Shown piece after piece: positions 44,509 through 54,136 of a stretch of 64,000 bases of DNA. The notes under the pieces were generated by a model. The model was given only the letters and a program-made list of their open reading frames with translations, searched no databases and was not told the DNA's origin. A program made the translations under genes and the position numbers. The stretch is taken from assembly GCA_015521735.1 (NCBI GenBank), contig WANQ01000041.1, forward strand, positions 17,347 through 81,346. The letters are read 5' to 3'. The first letter of the stretch is position 1. Each line of letters starts with the position of its first letter. This DNA comes from Pyrodictiaceae archaeon (GTDB taxonomy: Archaea; Thermoproteota; Thermoprotei_A; Sulfolobales; WANQ01).

Positions 44509-45186
44509 TTGCTTAAACCTAGTATGCAGTCATCACTATTACCCCTAGTAATCCTGGGTTTAGGAGTAATAGTTGCACTCTTGGGCTACGCCTATGCTTT
44601 ATGGTCTGAAACACTTCAAGTAAATGTGAGGGTTAGCACAGGTGATGGTAGTGTAAAAGTTAGTGATAACCCACAAATAGTGCTAGTATGCATAACTCAT
44701 GAATGTTGTAGCAATAGTAGTAGCAATGTAGATGACGAATATTGTTGTAGTGAAGAAAACCTTACAGATAATGAGTGCTGTAAGTGTAAGTGTATGCCTA
44801 TACCTATGTATATTGATAGTAATACTTCAGTAAGCTTTATGGTGCCTAAAACTAAGCATTCACTTGAACTATGGGTTATATTTAAAATTGAAAATAATGG
44901 TTCAATACCATTAAAGTATACTGAAACCACTATTAACTCACCCTACCAGTTAATAATTGTAGATGAATACTATTACCATGTAAGTGAGAGCTCCACATGG
45001 AGCTTAGAGGATTATTTAGACCTAAATGATTGTCCTAGACTACGTATTGTTGGAGAAGATCTTCCAATAGTATTTGAGCCTAATGAGGGAGTTGTAGCGG
45101 TACTTCACTTGAAGCCTTTGAGGGGTATTGGGCGAAGTTATTGGGTTACAATTAATGCTGAAGTAGTTCAATGGAATGAAGGCTAG
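44509..45186 (+). CDS. Secreted protein with a TasA/camelysin-like signal region and a Cys-rich insert
   Basis: Signal/anchor LLPLVILGLGVIVALLGYAYALWSETLQV (resembles the GxxAYFSDTE class by eye). 9 Cys in residues 61-95 (CITHECCSNSSSNVDDEYCCSEENLTDNECCKCKC). Confidence 0.55.
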   Translation: MLKPSMQSSLLPLVILGLGVIVALLGYAYALWSETLQVNVRVSTGDGSVKVSDNPQIVLVCITHECCSNSSSNVDDEYCCSEENLTDNECCKCKCMPIPMYIDSNTSVSFMVPKTKHSLELWVIFKIENNGSIPLKYTETTINSPYQLIIVDEYYYHVSESSTWSLEDYLDLNDCPRLRIVGEDLPIVFEPNEGVVAVLHLKPLRGIGRSYWVTINAEVVQWNEG

Positions 45187-46307
45187 GATTGCAAGGTCTT
45201 CTTAGCTATAATATAAGATGCTATTGTTAAGGCTAAACCAACTAATACGTAGGTTATTAGAGTAGTCTTCAAGAATTCTTGAGTTGTAGCAAGCTTCATT
45301 ACTAGTGACCCGGTTAGTGTTCCTAGATTGGCTATAAACCCTGTAGCAAAGATTTTACCTGAATTATTTGAGTAGAGTTGTCCTACTAGAGTCCAAAATG
45401 GGACTCCTGCTGCTTGTGTAGAAGCTATTAATACTAGTCCTATGTCGCTTGTAGGCTGTGCTGTGAATAATACGAGTATGAGTCCAGTTAGAGTTAACAA
45501 GTATATGGTTATCATGGAATTAATGCTTGTACGTACAACTCCACTCCTATACCTTGACACCATTACGTAGCCGTAGAGTCCTGCTATAATAGTCCATGCT
45601 ATAGCTGATAATGAGTAAGCTTCAACTCCTAAGCTAACATTAATAAAGCCTTGTTGTCTAAGATAGTCTACTAAGCCTAAGAAACCGTAGAGTACTCCCA
45701 ATAGTACGTGAAAGCTAGTACCCCATGTCCACTCAAATGGGTCAAACCATATACCTCTAAGCCCTATTCTTTCCTGCTTGGTGAACTCCCTATTATATGC
45801 ACGATACCAGTAGAGTATTAGTATAGTTATTAGTATTGCTAGTAGCCTATAGGCAACATCTATAGTCATCATAGACGTGGTGATTGCTCCAAGATAGCTA
45901 CCAGTAAATATACCTGCAAGAACTATTGATGAAGCAATAAACCCTGTCCTACCCTGATAAAGCCTATTTACATGCATGGTTAGTACTGGAATAGAGGTTA
46001 TACTAGCTCCCTGAATAAACCTTAAAAACAATACCACGTTGGCATCACGTATCATAGGTAGGACTAAACAAGTTGATGCAAGTAGAAGGTATGAAGCAAC
46101 TAGTATTTCTGATGGCTTAAAGGGCAATATGCTGGCAAGTATAAATGCAATCGATAAACCAGCCATGAAGGCTACCATACCCCAGCCTAGAACTTCTTGA
46201 CCTAGCCTATACGCTTCGACATAGTGTGGGAATAGTGTAAGTGTAATGAAGCCTAAAGCCATTACCACGTGATCAAATATTAATGTAGTAATCCTCCCCA
46301 TACACAT
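45183..46307 (-). CDS. Polytopic transporter-like membrane protein (MFS-like)
   Basis: 374 aa, 10-12 hydrophobic segments. 3' end overlaps ORF 44509-45186 by 4 nt (convergent). Confidence 0.4.
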   Translation of the reverse strand: MCMGRITTLIFDHVVMALGFITLTLFPHYVEAYRLGQEVLGWGMVAFMAGLSIAFILASILPFKPSEILVASYLLLASTCLVLPMIRDANVVLFLRFIQGASITSIPVLTMHVNRLYQGRTGFIASSIVLAGIFTGSYLGAITTSMMTIDVAYRLLAILITILILYWYRAYNREFTKQERIGLRGIWFDPFEWTWGTSFHVLLGVLYGFLGLVDYLRQQGFINVSLGVEAYSLSAIAWTIIAGLYGYVMVSRYRSGVVRTSINSMITIYLLTLTGLILVLFTAQPTSDIGLVLIASTQAAGVPFWTLVGQLYSNNSGKIFATGFIANLGTLTGSLVMKLATTQEFLKTTLITYVLVGLALTIASYIIAKKTLQS

Positions 46308-46499
46308 ACGCCCTCCTCAAGCTTCAATGAAAGCTATTATAGCCTATGGTATTCCTACTAGTAGCCTCATCTAGTAGACATGAAGCCTAGATATAAGGTT
46401 TAATCAGAATACACAAGTGTTCGACCAACTAGTATTTAGTAGGAGCTTAAACGTATGCTAGACTTGGATCCAGATATACCTGGATGCGTCTAAAAGGGG

Positions 46500-47015
46500 T
46501 TGGTGGTGGATAAGAATAGATTACTAGTAATAACTATTATTGTACTAGTAGGACTAAACGTAGTGTTATCCATATTATACATTGATGCTAGACTTAAACT
46601 AATTGAATACGAGAACACGTATATTAGAGTAATTGAGTCATACAATAATTATCGTAGAATGAATACACTACTACAAGGCTTAATGGCATTAGAGCTTGCC
46701 CGTACAAGTCTCTTCCTATACATATCTTCATCATACTCGTACCTGCTTTCATCAAACAATACCGTTCTACATAAACTATCTGAAAAGCTAATGAACAATA
46801 CTAGGGTAAGCATAGAGCAGTCGCTAAGTGAAGTAAATAGGGCATTGGAAAATCTACGTAGCATTAATAACAGTAATGTCACGGGCTTACGGGAACTAAT
46901 ATCGAATCTAGAGTACATGAAGAAGTGCTTAGAATACGTGAAGAATAGTTTAAGAGATGGTCTAGGAGACATAAATGAGGTTACAAATGTATTAGATGAA
47001 TGCTTATCCAAGTAG
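46500..47015 (+). CDS. N-terminally anchored coiled-coil protein (171 aa)
   Basis: TM LLVITIIVLVGLNVVLSILYI followed by helical, Asn/Leu/Glu-rich sequence. TTG start. Confidence 0.45.
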   Translation: MVVDKNRLLVITIIVLVGLNVVLSILYIDARLKLIEYENTYIRVIESYNNYRRMNTLLQGLMALELARTSLFLYISSSYSYLLSSNNTVLHKLSEKLMNNTRVSIEQSLSEVNRALENLRSINNSNVTGLRELISNLEYMKKCLEYVKNSLRDGLGDINEVTNVLDECLSK

Positions 47016-47096
47016 AGTAAGTGAAACCATTTATATTCTACCCCAACTATAGTGGAGGCTAAGAAGTCCTAGAGAAAGTGTGAGGGGTATGATTTC

Positions 47097-47768
47097 TTGA
47101 AATGGGAGGTAGAGTTTAAGCCAAGTTATAGTATCCTTAAAGTATACTTGGAGCCAGGTGAAAGTGTTACAGCTGAACCCGGAGCAATGGTCTTATACAA
47201 GGGTAATATAGACATTAAGACTCATACTGGTGGAGGATTACTTAAAGGACTCACTAGGGCACTTCTTGGAGGAGAAAGCGTCTTCCTAAACACGTTTACA
47301 GCGAGGAGTGGTGGAGGAGGAGAAGTATGGTTTGCACCAAGTCTTCCAGGAGATATAGCATACTATGAGCTTAAAGGAGAAGAACTAATAGTACAGGATA
47401 CAAGCTACTTAGCCCATCACGGAGATGTAGATATAGGTGTAGCTTGGAGAGGTTTCCGTGGACTACTAGCTGAAGGAGAACTATTCTGGCTTAAGGTTAA
47501 AGGATATGGTGGTGTATGGCTTAGTAGCTATGGAGGTATAAGCCGAGTAGACCTGGGCCCCGGTGAATCAATGATACTAGACAACTTCCACTTCGTAGCA
47601 ATGACTAGTGGAATGAGCTGGCGTGTTAGAAAATTTGGAGGAATAAAGAGCTTCCTATTTGGCGGAGAAGGCATAGTAATAGAGGTAACAGGTCCTGGAA
47701 CAGTATACGTACAGTCTAGATCGCTACCACCATTCGTTGAATTCATAAGGAAATTCCTTAGAAAATAG
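47097..47768 (+). CDS. AIM24/DUF124 (TIGR00266) family protein
   Basis: KPSYSILKVYLEPGESVTAEPGAMV, LLGGESVFLNTF, GELFWLKVKG, GEGIVIEVTGPGTVYVQS follow the family pattern. Confidence 0.8.
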   Translation: MKWEVEFKPSYSILKVYLEPGESVTAEPGAMVLYKGNIDIKTHTGGGLLKGLTRALLGGESVFLNTFTARSGGGGEVWFAPSLPGDIAYYELKGEELIVQDTSYLAHHGDVDIGVAWRGFRGLLAEGELFWLKVKGYGGVWLSSYGGISRVDLGPGESMILDNFHFVAMTSGMSWRVRKFGGIKSFLFGGEGIVIEVTGPGTVYVQSRSLPPFVEFIRKFLRK

Positions 47769-47842
47769 CCGGAATAATCAACTAATAAGAAGCTTCCCCA
47801 GTAATTCTTTTTCCATCAAAACTAACTGAAGAATAGATTGTA

Positions 47843-47915
47843 GGGGGTGTATCCCCACCCCAGCTCATCCTTCCCCCCTTTAAGGGGTGTTGCTGGGGCT
47901 GACCCCCGGCTCATG
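47843..47915 (-). repeat. GC-rich structured element, family copy C (inverted relative to copy D)
   Basis: CCCCAGC 47858-47864 / GCTGGGG 47892-47898 encloses CCCCTT-T-AAGGGG. An alternative hairpin is GGGGTG 47844-47849 / CACCCC 47856-47861. The reverse complement reads AGCCCCAGCAACACC...GGGGGGAAGGATGAGCTGGGGTGGGG, collinear with copy D. Confidence 0.45.
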
Positions 47916-48045
47916 GAATCTATGTATCCTATGAGTTTATTAGTGTTCTAGTACTTGTCTTCAACTTGGATTTAATGTTAGTGTTATTTTGGTGTAGGTT
48001 TATTTATGCCCGTGTTTTAGATTAGTTGATAGGTGTCTTAGTCGT

Positions 48046-48669
48046 TTGACATATAGTATAGTTGCTGTTGATGTTGAGAGTAAGCTTATTGGTATAGGTG
48101 TTGTGAGTGGAAGCATAGCTGTTGGTTCGAGGGTTCCCTGGGCTAGAGCTAGTGTTGGAGGAGTTGTTACTCAGGCTTATACAAATCCTCTACTAGGTAA
48201 GTGGATACTAGAGTACTTGAGTAAGGGTTTGTCTCCTAGGCAAGCCTTAGATAAAGCACTTAGTAGAGATGAAGCACCTTCTATGAGGCAGGTTGGTGTT
48301 GTATCTATTAGTGGTGAGGTAGCAGTGTTTACTGGGAACAATGTTCCTAGACACTATGGAGAATACGTGGGCCATGGATATGTATGTGTAGGTAACATGC
48401 TTGTATCTAGGAAGGTTGTATTAGAAGTATGTAGGCATTTTGAGGATTCTACTGGTAGCTTATCTGAGAGGATAATTAATGCACTAGAAGCTGGCCACGA
48501 AGTTGGAGGTGATGTTAGAGGTGATAGAAGTGCATCACTACTTGTTGTGGGCGAACACCCTGTATACGGGTATAGCTATGATAGGATAATTGATCTTAGA
48601 GTAGACTACTCGAGTAACCCTATTAGGGATTTAAGAAACCTCTATGAAATGTGGATGAGGATTAGGTAG
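48046..48669 (+). CDS. DUF1028-family (Ntn-hydrolase-fold) protein
   Basis: (M)TYSIVAVD N-terminus with Thr2, and GVVSGSIAVGSRVPWARASVGGVVTQAYTNP matching the DUF1028 pattern. TTG start. Confidence 0.75.
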   Translation: MTYSIVAVDVESKLIGIGVVSGSIAVGSRVPWARASVGGVVTQAYTNPLLGKWILEYLSKGLSPRQALDKALSRDEAPSMRQVGVVSISGEVAVFTGNNVPRHYGEYVGHGYVCVGNMLVSRKVVLEVCRHFEDSTGSLSERIINALEAGHEVGGDVRGDRSASLLVVGEHPVYGYSYDRIIDLRVDYSSNPIRDLRNLYEMWMRIR

Positions 48670-48681
48670 ACTGTACCTACT

Positions 48682-50541
48682 CTATGCTTCTACTCTTCTT
48701 TTCTTTTCAACCTTCTTGGCTAGCTCTATTCTAAGCCTAGCTGTCCTAGCTAGTTCTCTAAGTATATCGTTCTTACAAACTATTCCCAGTAGTTTACCAT
48801 CTTTGTCTACTACTGGTATACCGTCAACATTGTGTTTCTCCATAAGTTCTACTGCTTTAACTACATCCTCGCTTCCAAGTATAGTCTCCTTTAATGGCAC
48901 CATTACGTCTACTGCTACTAGTGGTAGAACCTTAACATACCTACCATATCTTGCGGCACCTTTTACTAGTTTTCTAACCCATATAAGCCTTCTAGTCTTT
49001 ATCCCTGTAGCAGCATCTTCATATGCCATGAATGGTAGGCGGTTAGCTGATACTACACCTCTAATCTCTCCATCATATACTGCTAATGCATCAAGCATGA
49101 ATGTTTGCATACGTGTTATTACGTGGTGTAGGCTGTGGTGTGGGTGTACTACTCCTACTCTTCCAGGAGTCATTATGTTTTCTACTAGTGCTCTACCAGC
49201 TTGTCCTTCAGCATATGCTTTAACGATTACATCCTTGGTTACATAGCCTATTATTTCTCCTTCATCGTCTACTACGAATGCTATTTCTGATCCACGATTA
49301 AGCATTTCATATGCTACTTGCTCTATTGGTGTATTAGGTTTAACTTTTGGTACATCCCTTACCAGGATGTAGTCTATGAAGAACCTATCGTATACTCTTC
49401 TACGCCAAATAGGTCCCTTAGTTGCTATTGCTTTAAGCATGCTCCACTTTGATACATAGCCTACTATTTCTCCTGCTTCATCTAGTACTATTAGGTAGTT
49501 TGTCTTTCTTCTAAGCATTTCTTTACGGGCATGCTCTATTGTATCCGTTATCCTTATTGCAGGCATTTCCTCTAATGCTATATCCTCTGCTCTTAAACCA
49601 ATATATGCTTCTACTACTGGTTTTACTACAGCTACTTGTTCTAATGCTCTATCACTTGTAATATATGTTACACGCTCTGATGCTTCCACAGGTTTTGGTA
49701 GGCGTATAACTGGTACTGGTACTCTTCCAGGCTTTGCTCCTTCTAGGTATGCTCTTGCTATATCTGCTTGTGTTACAATACCTATCACATGTCCTTTCTC
49801 GTCTACTACTGGTAGTAGTGTGAAGTCGTGTTCTATCATTATATCAGCTACTACGTCAACTGGTGTATCCTTTGTTGCTACTATTACACCTCTAGTCATA
49901 ACTCTACGTATCTTAGCAGGACTAACTATGTGGGACTCGCTTTCACGGTGGAAGAACCATCTACCAGTATCTACGAAGTCCTTGGGTGTAGCTATGCCTA
50001 CGGGTATTGGTTCTTCTCTACTACGTACAACTATTACTGCTGGTAATGCCTTGTAGACGAACTTACTCCAAACCCTATTAACTCTCTCATCGGGTGTAAC
50101 AAGCATTTCATCTAGGTTATCTGTTGTCATAACCTCTGCTACGCTTTCAGCTTTAGGAGCTATTCCTTGATCCCTTAAAGCCTTAATGATATCTCTCATT
50201 GATAGGACTCCGAAGAGTCTTTCATCTACTAGATCCTCTACTACCGGGGCACCCCATACCTTCTCTTCAACTAGTTTATCATATGCTTCACGTATATCCA
50301 TGTCCTTTACTAGTATTGGCTTATCTCTAGCAACTTCGCCTACAATCATATTGCTTTTCTGGCTAGTAACCATTATAGCTTCAATCCATGTAACAAAGCC
50401 TTCAAGTCTCTTAGACCTAGTATCCCTTACTACGGGAATTACTCTTTCACCGCTTTCACGGAACAAGCTTCTAATGTACGTTAGTAGGGCTTTCTTTGTA
50501 ACAATGTATCTAGGTTTACGGGCTACCTCCCATACCCTCAT
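48682..50541 (-). CDS. Stand-alone multi-CBS-domain protein (about eight CBS motifs = four Bateman modules)
   Basis: Repeated ~60-aa units ending in h-G-h-h-(S/T)-x-x-D-h-h (e.g. FGVLSMRDIIKAL, VGIATPKDFV, IGIVTQADIARA, VGYVSKWSMLKAI, IGYVTKDVIVKAY, RGVVSANRL, LGIVCKNDILREL). No other domain seen. Confidence 0.8.
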   Translation of the reverse strand: MRVWEVARKPRYIVTKKALLTYIRSLFRESGERVIPVVRDTRSKRLEGFVTWIEAIMVTSQKSNMIVGEVARDKPILVKDMDIREAYDKLVEEKVWGAPVVEDLVDERLFGVLSMRDIIKALRDQGIAPKAESVAEVMTTDNLDEMLVTPDERVNRVWSKFVYKALPAVIVVRSREEPIPVGIATPKDFVDTGRWFFHRESESHIVSPAKIRRVMTRGVIVATKDTPVDVVADIMIEHDFTLLPVVDEKGHVIGIVTQADIARAYLEGAKPGRVPVPVIRLPKPVEASERVTYITSDRALEQVAVVKPVVEAYIGLRAEDIALEEMPAIRITDTIEHARKEMLRRKTNYLIVLDEAGEIVGYVSKWSMLKAIATKGPIWRRRVYDRFFIDYILVRDVPKVKPNTPIEQVAYEMLNRGSEIAFVVDDEGEIIGYVTKDVIVKAYAEGQAGRALVENIMTPGRVGVVHPHHSLHHVITRMQTFMLDALAVYDGEIRGVVSANRLPFMAYEDAATGIKTRRLIWVRKLVKGAARYGRYVKVLPLVAVDVMVPLKETILGSEDVVKAVELMEKHNVDGIPVVDKDGKLLGIVCKNDILRELARTARLRIELAKKVEKKRRVEA

Positions 50542-50632
50542 TCAATACCACCATACATGAGAAAAACGAGTGCTAGGAATAAAAATATTTGGAATAAGGA
50601 GTAGTAGTGGAGTAGTCCTAAATGTACTGATG

Positions 50633-51109
50633 CTACTTGCCAGCTACTATTCTTACAGCGTTTTCTATGGAGTCTACGTGTCCCCTATATCTAGCATACC
50701 ATATTCCTGCTAGAAGAGCAGCCCAAGGCCATCCTAATAGTACTAGTATAGCTAGTATTGCTAGGAATCCTTGTGTTAGGTATACATTGTATGTTATTGT
50801 TAGTCTTCCTCTAGCAACTCTTATCCACAGGTCTATCTCTTCGAAGAAATCACTATAGGTTAGGCCTATGCTTTCCCCTGTTCTAGGTCCTTGCATTAAC
50901 CTTATTCCTCGCCAAGATAGCTCTGTGACTAGTTTCTCTGATAGCTCATCTATGTTGAAATCTTCTTTTGGACCCAATACTATGTCCTTAGACTTCACCT
51001 TTACCTTACCGAGCATTGCTATTGCTAGGATAATCACTATTATTAGCGCTATTATCCCTAGAATTGATAAACCTATTGTAGCTAAGCCTATGTATAATGG
51101 ATACTCCAT
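50633..51109 (-). CDS. Membrane protein (158 aa)
   Basis: N-terminal TM IGLATIGLSILGIIALIIVIILAIAML and C-terminal TM pair FLAILAILVLLGWPWAALLAGIWY flank a ~70-aa soluble segment. Confidence 0.5.
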   Translation of the reverse strand: MEYPLYIGLATIGLSILGIIALIIVIILAIAMLGKVKVKSKDIVLGPKEDFNIDELSEKLVTELSWRGIRLMQGPRTGESIGLTYSDFFEEIDLWIRVARGRLTITYNVYLTQGFLAILAILVLLGWPWAALLAGIWYARYRGHVDSIENAVRIVAGK

Positions 51110-51132
51110 GGCCTACGCCCCTAGTTCTTGCT

Positions 51133-53346
51133 TCATATCCTATTTTTTCTAGCTAGGTATTCTTTAGCGTTTCTAACTATTTCCTCTGCAATCTTAGGTC
51201 CAAAGCCTCTTAGTATTGATAGTCTTTTGGCACCAATTCTTACTATGTCTTCTACTCGACGTACTCCTATATCTGCTAGTACTCTTGCACGTACTCTACC
51301 AATACCTTTTACTTCTACTAGTTCAAGTAGCTCTGGTTTTACTCCATGTTCTATCCTCTTAGATAACTCTAGGTATGCTCTACTATGTGTTGTCATTCCT
51401 GCAACTTCTAGTATTCTTGATAGTGCACTTGTAATCCACGCCATAGTCTCCTTCATGTTGTATAGGTCTCCACTACCAATACCATACTTTAACGATATGT
51501 AGTCCTCAGTCTTCTCCTCTATCCAGTCGTAGAGTATCCTCATAGCCTTGTATGCTTGAAGCCATGCCTCTTCTTCTGCTTCACTATCCGGAGGCTTAGG
51601 TATTACCCCTTTACCTATATCTTCGTAGGCTTCATCTATAAGCCATTCATCGCTACGAGTAATGTATGGTCTATTACGTGCAAAGTCTGGTGTCATTGCA
51701 GCTAGGTGTAGGTAGTATTTCTCGTCTAGTTTATCGTAGCCTCTAGTTTTTAGGTCAACTAATACTATTCTAGCTGTTAAGGGGTCAACATATGTTGTAC
51801 TAACAATTCTGCCTAGTTTTGTAGCTTGTAGGAGGTCTCCAATAATACTTAGCATTCCCCACTCGTTTAACTCATATACTATTTCCTCGATTTCTCCTTT
51901 AATGCCATGGAGTTTTCTCTGCTTAGCGTAGAGTGTTTCGTTGAAGACTTCTAGTAGCTCATCTATGGTGGAGACTTCTCCACTAGCAATTAGTGCTAGA
52001 GTGTATATTCTAAGGCTACGTTCATTATTTAGTGCTGAATATATTGGTTCAGGACTTCTCTTGATATAGTGTCTATAGGCATCATTTATGCTTCGCTCAT
52101 CTACTACTATTGCTTCACCTACTTCATCATATTGTGGTCTTCCAGCTCTTCCAGCCATTTGCTTATACTCTAATACTTTTATCCTAGCCATACGGTGTAG
52201 TCTTGGCTCATATCTTTTTACTGATACTAGTACTCTACGTGCTGGTAGGTTTACTCCAGCTGAAAGCGTTGGTGTAGCATATATTATTTTCAATAGTCTA
52301 TGCCTAAATGCTTCCTCAATAATACTTCTAGTCTTAGAGGATAAGCCTGCATGATGATATGCTACTCCACCCTCAACTATAGATGCTACTTTCTCTGCTT
52401 CACTCCTAATAGTTACTTCGTCGAGGATCTTTTCTGCTAGTACTCTAAGCTTTCTTTCATCATCTAGTGATAGTCTTCTCTTAAGGTACTCTGATGTTCG
52501 TTTAGCGTAGTCTTCTACTAGTCTACGATTGTGTATGAATGCTAGGACTTGGTATCCTTTCTCAGCACTAGTTAAAGCTATGTCTATGAAAGGATTACCC
52601 ATAAATAATTTCACGTCCTCTACACGTCCATCGCTAAAGTAGATCTTGTACTCCTTTCTATCGAAGCCTCCTTCAACTAGTTTTACTGGTCTCCAAGTAG
52701 ATACAACTAGTCTAGCTTTAAGCCAAGAGGCGAGTTCTCCTGGATTACCTATGGTAGCGGATAGGCCTACGAGCTGGTAACCTCTACGTAGGCTACGTGC
52801 AGCAATCATTTCTATTATTGGTCCTCTCTCAGCATCACCTATGTAGTGTAGTTCGTCTATGACGATAACGCCAACGTCTTCAAGCCATGATGGTTTTTGT
52901 CTAAGAAGACTATCCATTCTCTCATAGGTGGTTACAATTACATCGTATTTGCCTAGCTCTTCTCCTGTTGACTCATAGTCTCCTGTACTAATACCGACTT
53001 TTAGGCCTATTCTATTCCATCTACGTAGTTCTAGGTATTTTTCAGATGCAAGGGCTTTAAGGGGTAAGGTGTATACTCCCTTTAATCCACGTAGAAATGT
53101 GTTAACTAGTGCTAGTTCTGCTATGAGTGTTTTACCGCTAGCTGTAGGAGCTACTACTACAATGTTCTCGCCTTCAAGTAGTCCAGAAGCTATGGCTTGT
53201 GCTTGTGGAGGTGTTAGAGTTACTATGCCCTCATCTAGTAGTACCTTCCTAACACTGCTAGGGAGGGGTAGTTCTTCTACGCTAATGGTCTTAACCATGT
53301 AGTCGGTAAGCTTCAATAACTCCACTCCCATACACGTAGCTAGCAT
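51133..53346 (-). CDS. hel308: Hel308/Ski2-like DNA helicase
   Basis: Q-motif region LTPPQAQA, motif I APTASGKT, motif II VIDELH, motif III SAT, motif VI QMAGRAGR, and a C-terminal HhH-like VKGIGRVRARVL. Probable true start is M17 (MVKTISVEEL, nt 53298). Confidence 0.9.
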   Translation of the reverse strand: MLATCMGVELLKLTDYMVKTISVEELPLPSSVRKVLLDEGIVTLTPPQAQAIASGLLEGENIVVVAPTASGKTLIAELALVNTFLRGLKGVYTLPLKALASEKYLELRRWNRIGLKVGISTGDYESTGEELGKYDVIVTTYERMDSLLRQKPSWLEDVGVIVIDELHYIGDAERGPIIEMIAARSLRRGYQLVGLSATIGNPGELASWLKARLVVSTWRPVKLVEGGFDRKEYKIYFSDGRVEDVKLFMGNPFIDIALTSAEKGYQVLAFIHNRRLVEDYAKRTSEYLKRRLSLDDERKLRVLAEKILDEVTIRSEAEKVASIVEGGVAYHHAGLSSKTRSIIEEAFRHRLLKIIYATPTLSAGVNLPARRVLVSVKRYEPRLHRMARIKVLEYKQMAGRAGRPQYDEVGEAIVVDERSINDAYRHYIKRSPEPIYSALNNERSLRIYTLALIASGEVSTIDELLEVFNETLYAKQRKLHGIKGEIEEIVYELNEWGMLSIIGDLLQATKLGRIVSTTYVDPLTARIVLVDLKTRGYDKLDEKYYLHLAAMTPDFARNRPYITRSDEWLIDEAYEDIGKGVIPKPPDSEAEEEAWLQAYKAMRILYDWIEEKTEDYISLKYGIGSGDLYNMKETMAWITSALSRILEVAGMTTHSRAYLELSKRIEHGVKPELLELVEVKGIGRVRARVLADIGVRRVEDIVRIGAKRLSILRGFGPKIAEEIVRNAKEYLARKNRI

Positions 53347-53440
53347 GTAATGGTTGCTGGTTTTAATCTACCTATAATGAGTATTCCATGGAGTTGGTTA
53401 AAAAGGAGAGAGACGAGTGAAACTATTACTATAGCAGGTC

Positions 53441-54136
53441 TCATAATATGAAGCATGTTGCTAGGATAACTAGGCTCATAGCAATTAATGTCATTGTGTA
53501 GTTAAGCTTGTAGCTATAGGGTACTGGTTTAAGTAGTTCACAGCTTAGCTTGAAGTAACTGTACTCTAATAGGAATCTCTTGTGTTCTAGTATAGCAGCT
53601 GTTGATATGGCTATAGACTTCCATATTTTTTCGCCCTTAACTCTTTGAACACTATAGGCGTCGGCAACGTCCCTCAACATTACTGGTGTTAACCTCCATA
53701 GGAGTAGTGGTGCAATACTATACTTCTTTAAGCCAGTGAACCACATTATACGTGCTAGTTCATAGGGGCTGAGGCTAGTGAGAAAGAATAGTATAGCGAA
53801 ACTAAATGTGAGGCTCCTAACATATATTAATAGTAATGCAAGGGGGCTTATACTGTGAACTGTAACGTAGGCCGTAAGCCAACCACTAATGGATAACCAT
53901 AGAGCTGGAATAGATGATACAATTAGCATAGGCTTAATAGAACTCTTTAAACCACCAAAGTATGCTAGTATGAGCAATACGGTTAATGCAATAATGCTTG
54001 TGGCTAGTCCTTTGGATACACTATAAACTACTAGTACTACTGCCATGGCCTTAGCTATTATGTGGGCTCTACGAACACCAGTATCAGTGGCTAAGAATAA
54101 TGACTCGTAGACCTTGTTTACAAGCCATCCAAGCAT
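53441..54136 (-). CDS. ecfT: ECF transporter transmembrane (T) component
   Basis: 231 aa, 5-6 TM, CbiQ/EcfT-like. Start overlaps the stop of the ATPase gene by 1 nt. Confidence 0.7.
   Translation of the reverse strand: MLGWLVNKVYESLFLATDTGVRRAHIIAKAMAVVLVVYSVSKGLATSIIALTVLLILAYFGGLKSSIKPMLIVSSIPALWLSISGWLTAYVTVHSISPLALLLIYVRSLTFSFAILFFLTSLSPYELARIMWFTGLKKYSIAPLLLWRLTPVMLRDVADAYSVQRVKGEKIWKSIAISTAAILEHKRFLLEYSYFKLSCELLKPVPYSYKLNYTMTLIAMSLVILATCFIL

Noticed and set aside
47822-47914. 31-codon minus-strand ORF (MSRGSAPATPLKGGKDELGWGYTPYNLFFS) inside GC-rich element C, and the similar ATGAGC-initiated mini-ORFs in elements A and D
   Set aside because: The ATG is part of the conserved GGATGAG word. 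The reading frames and lengths differ between copies (20, 27 and 31 codons), and the nucleotide-level stems covary instead, which is more consistent with RNA/DNA structure than with a conserved peptide.
49820-50056. Two overlapping plus-strand ORFs (49820-50056, 49828-50046) in the CBS gene
   Set aside because: Both lie within and antisense to the multi-CBS ORF. One is Tyr/Cys-rich nonsense, and there is no independent support.
51128-51502. 124-aa plus-strand ORF at the 3' end of hel308
   Set aside because: Antisense to the conserved Hel308 C-terminal domain, with low-complexity Ser/Leu/Thr sequence.
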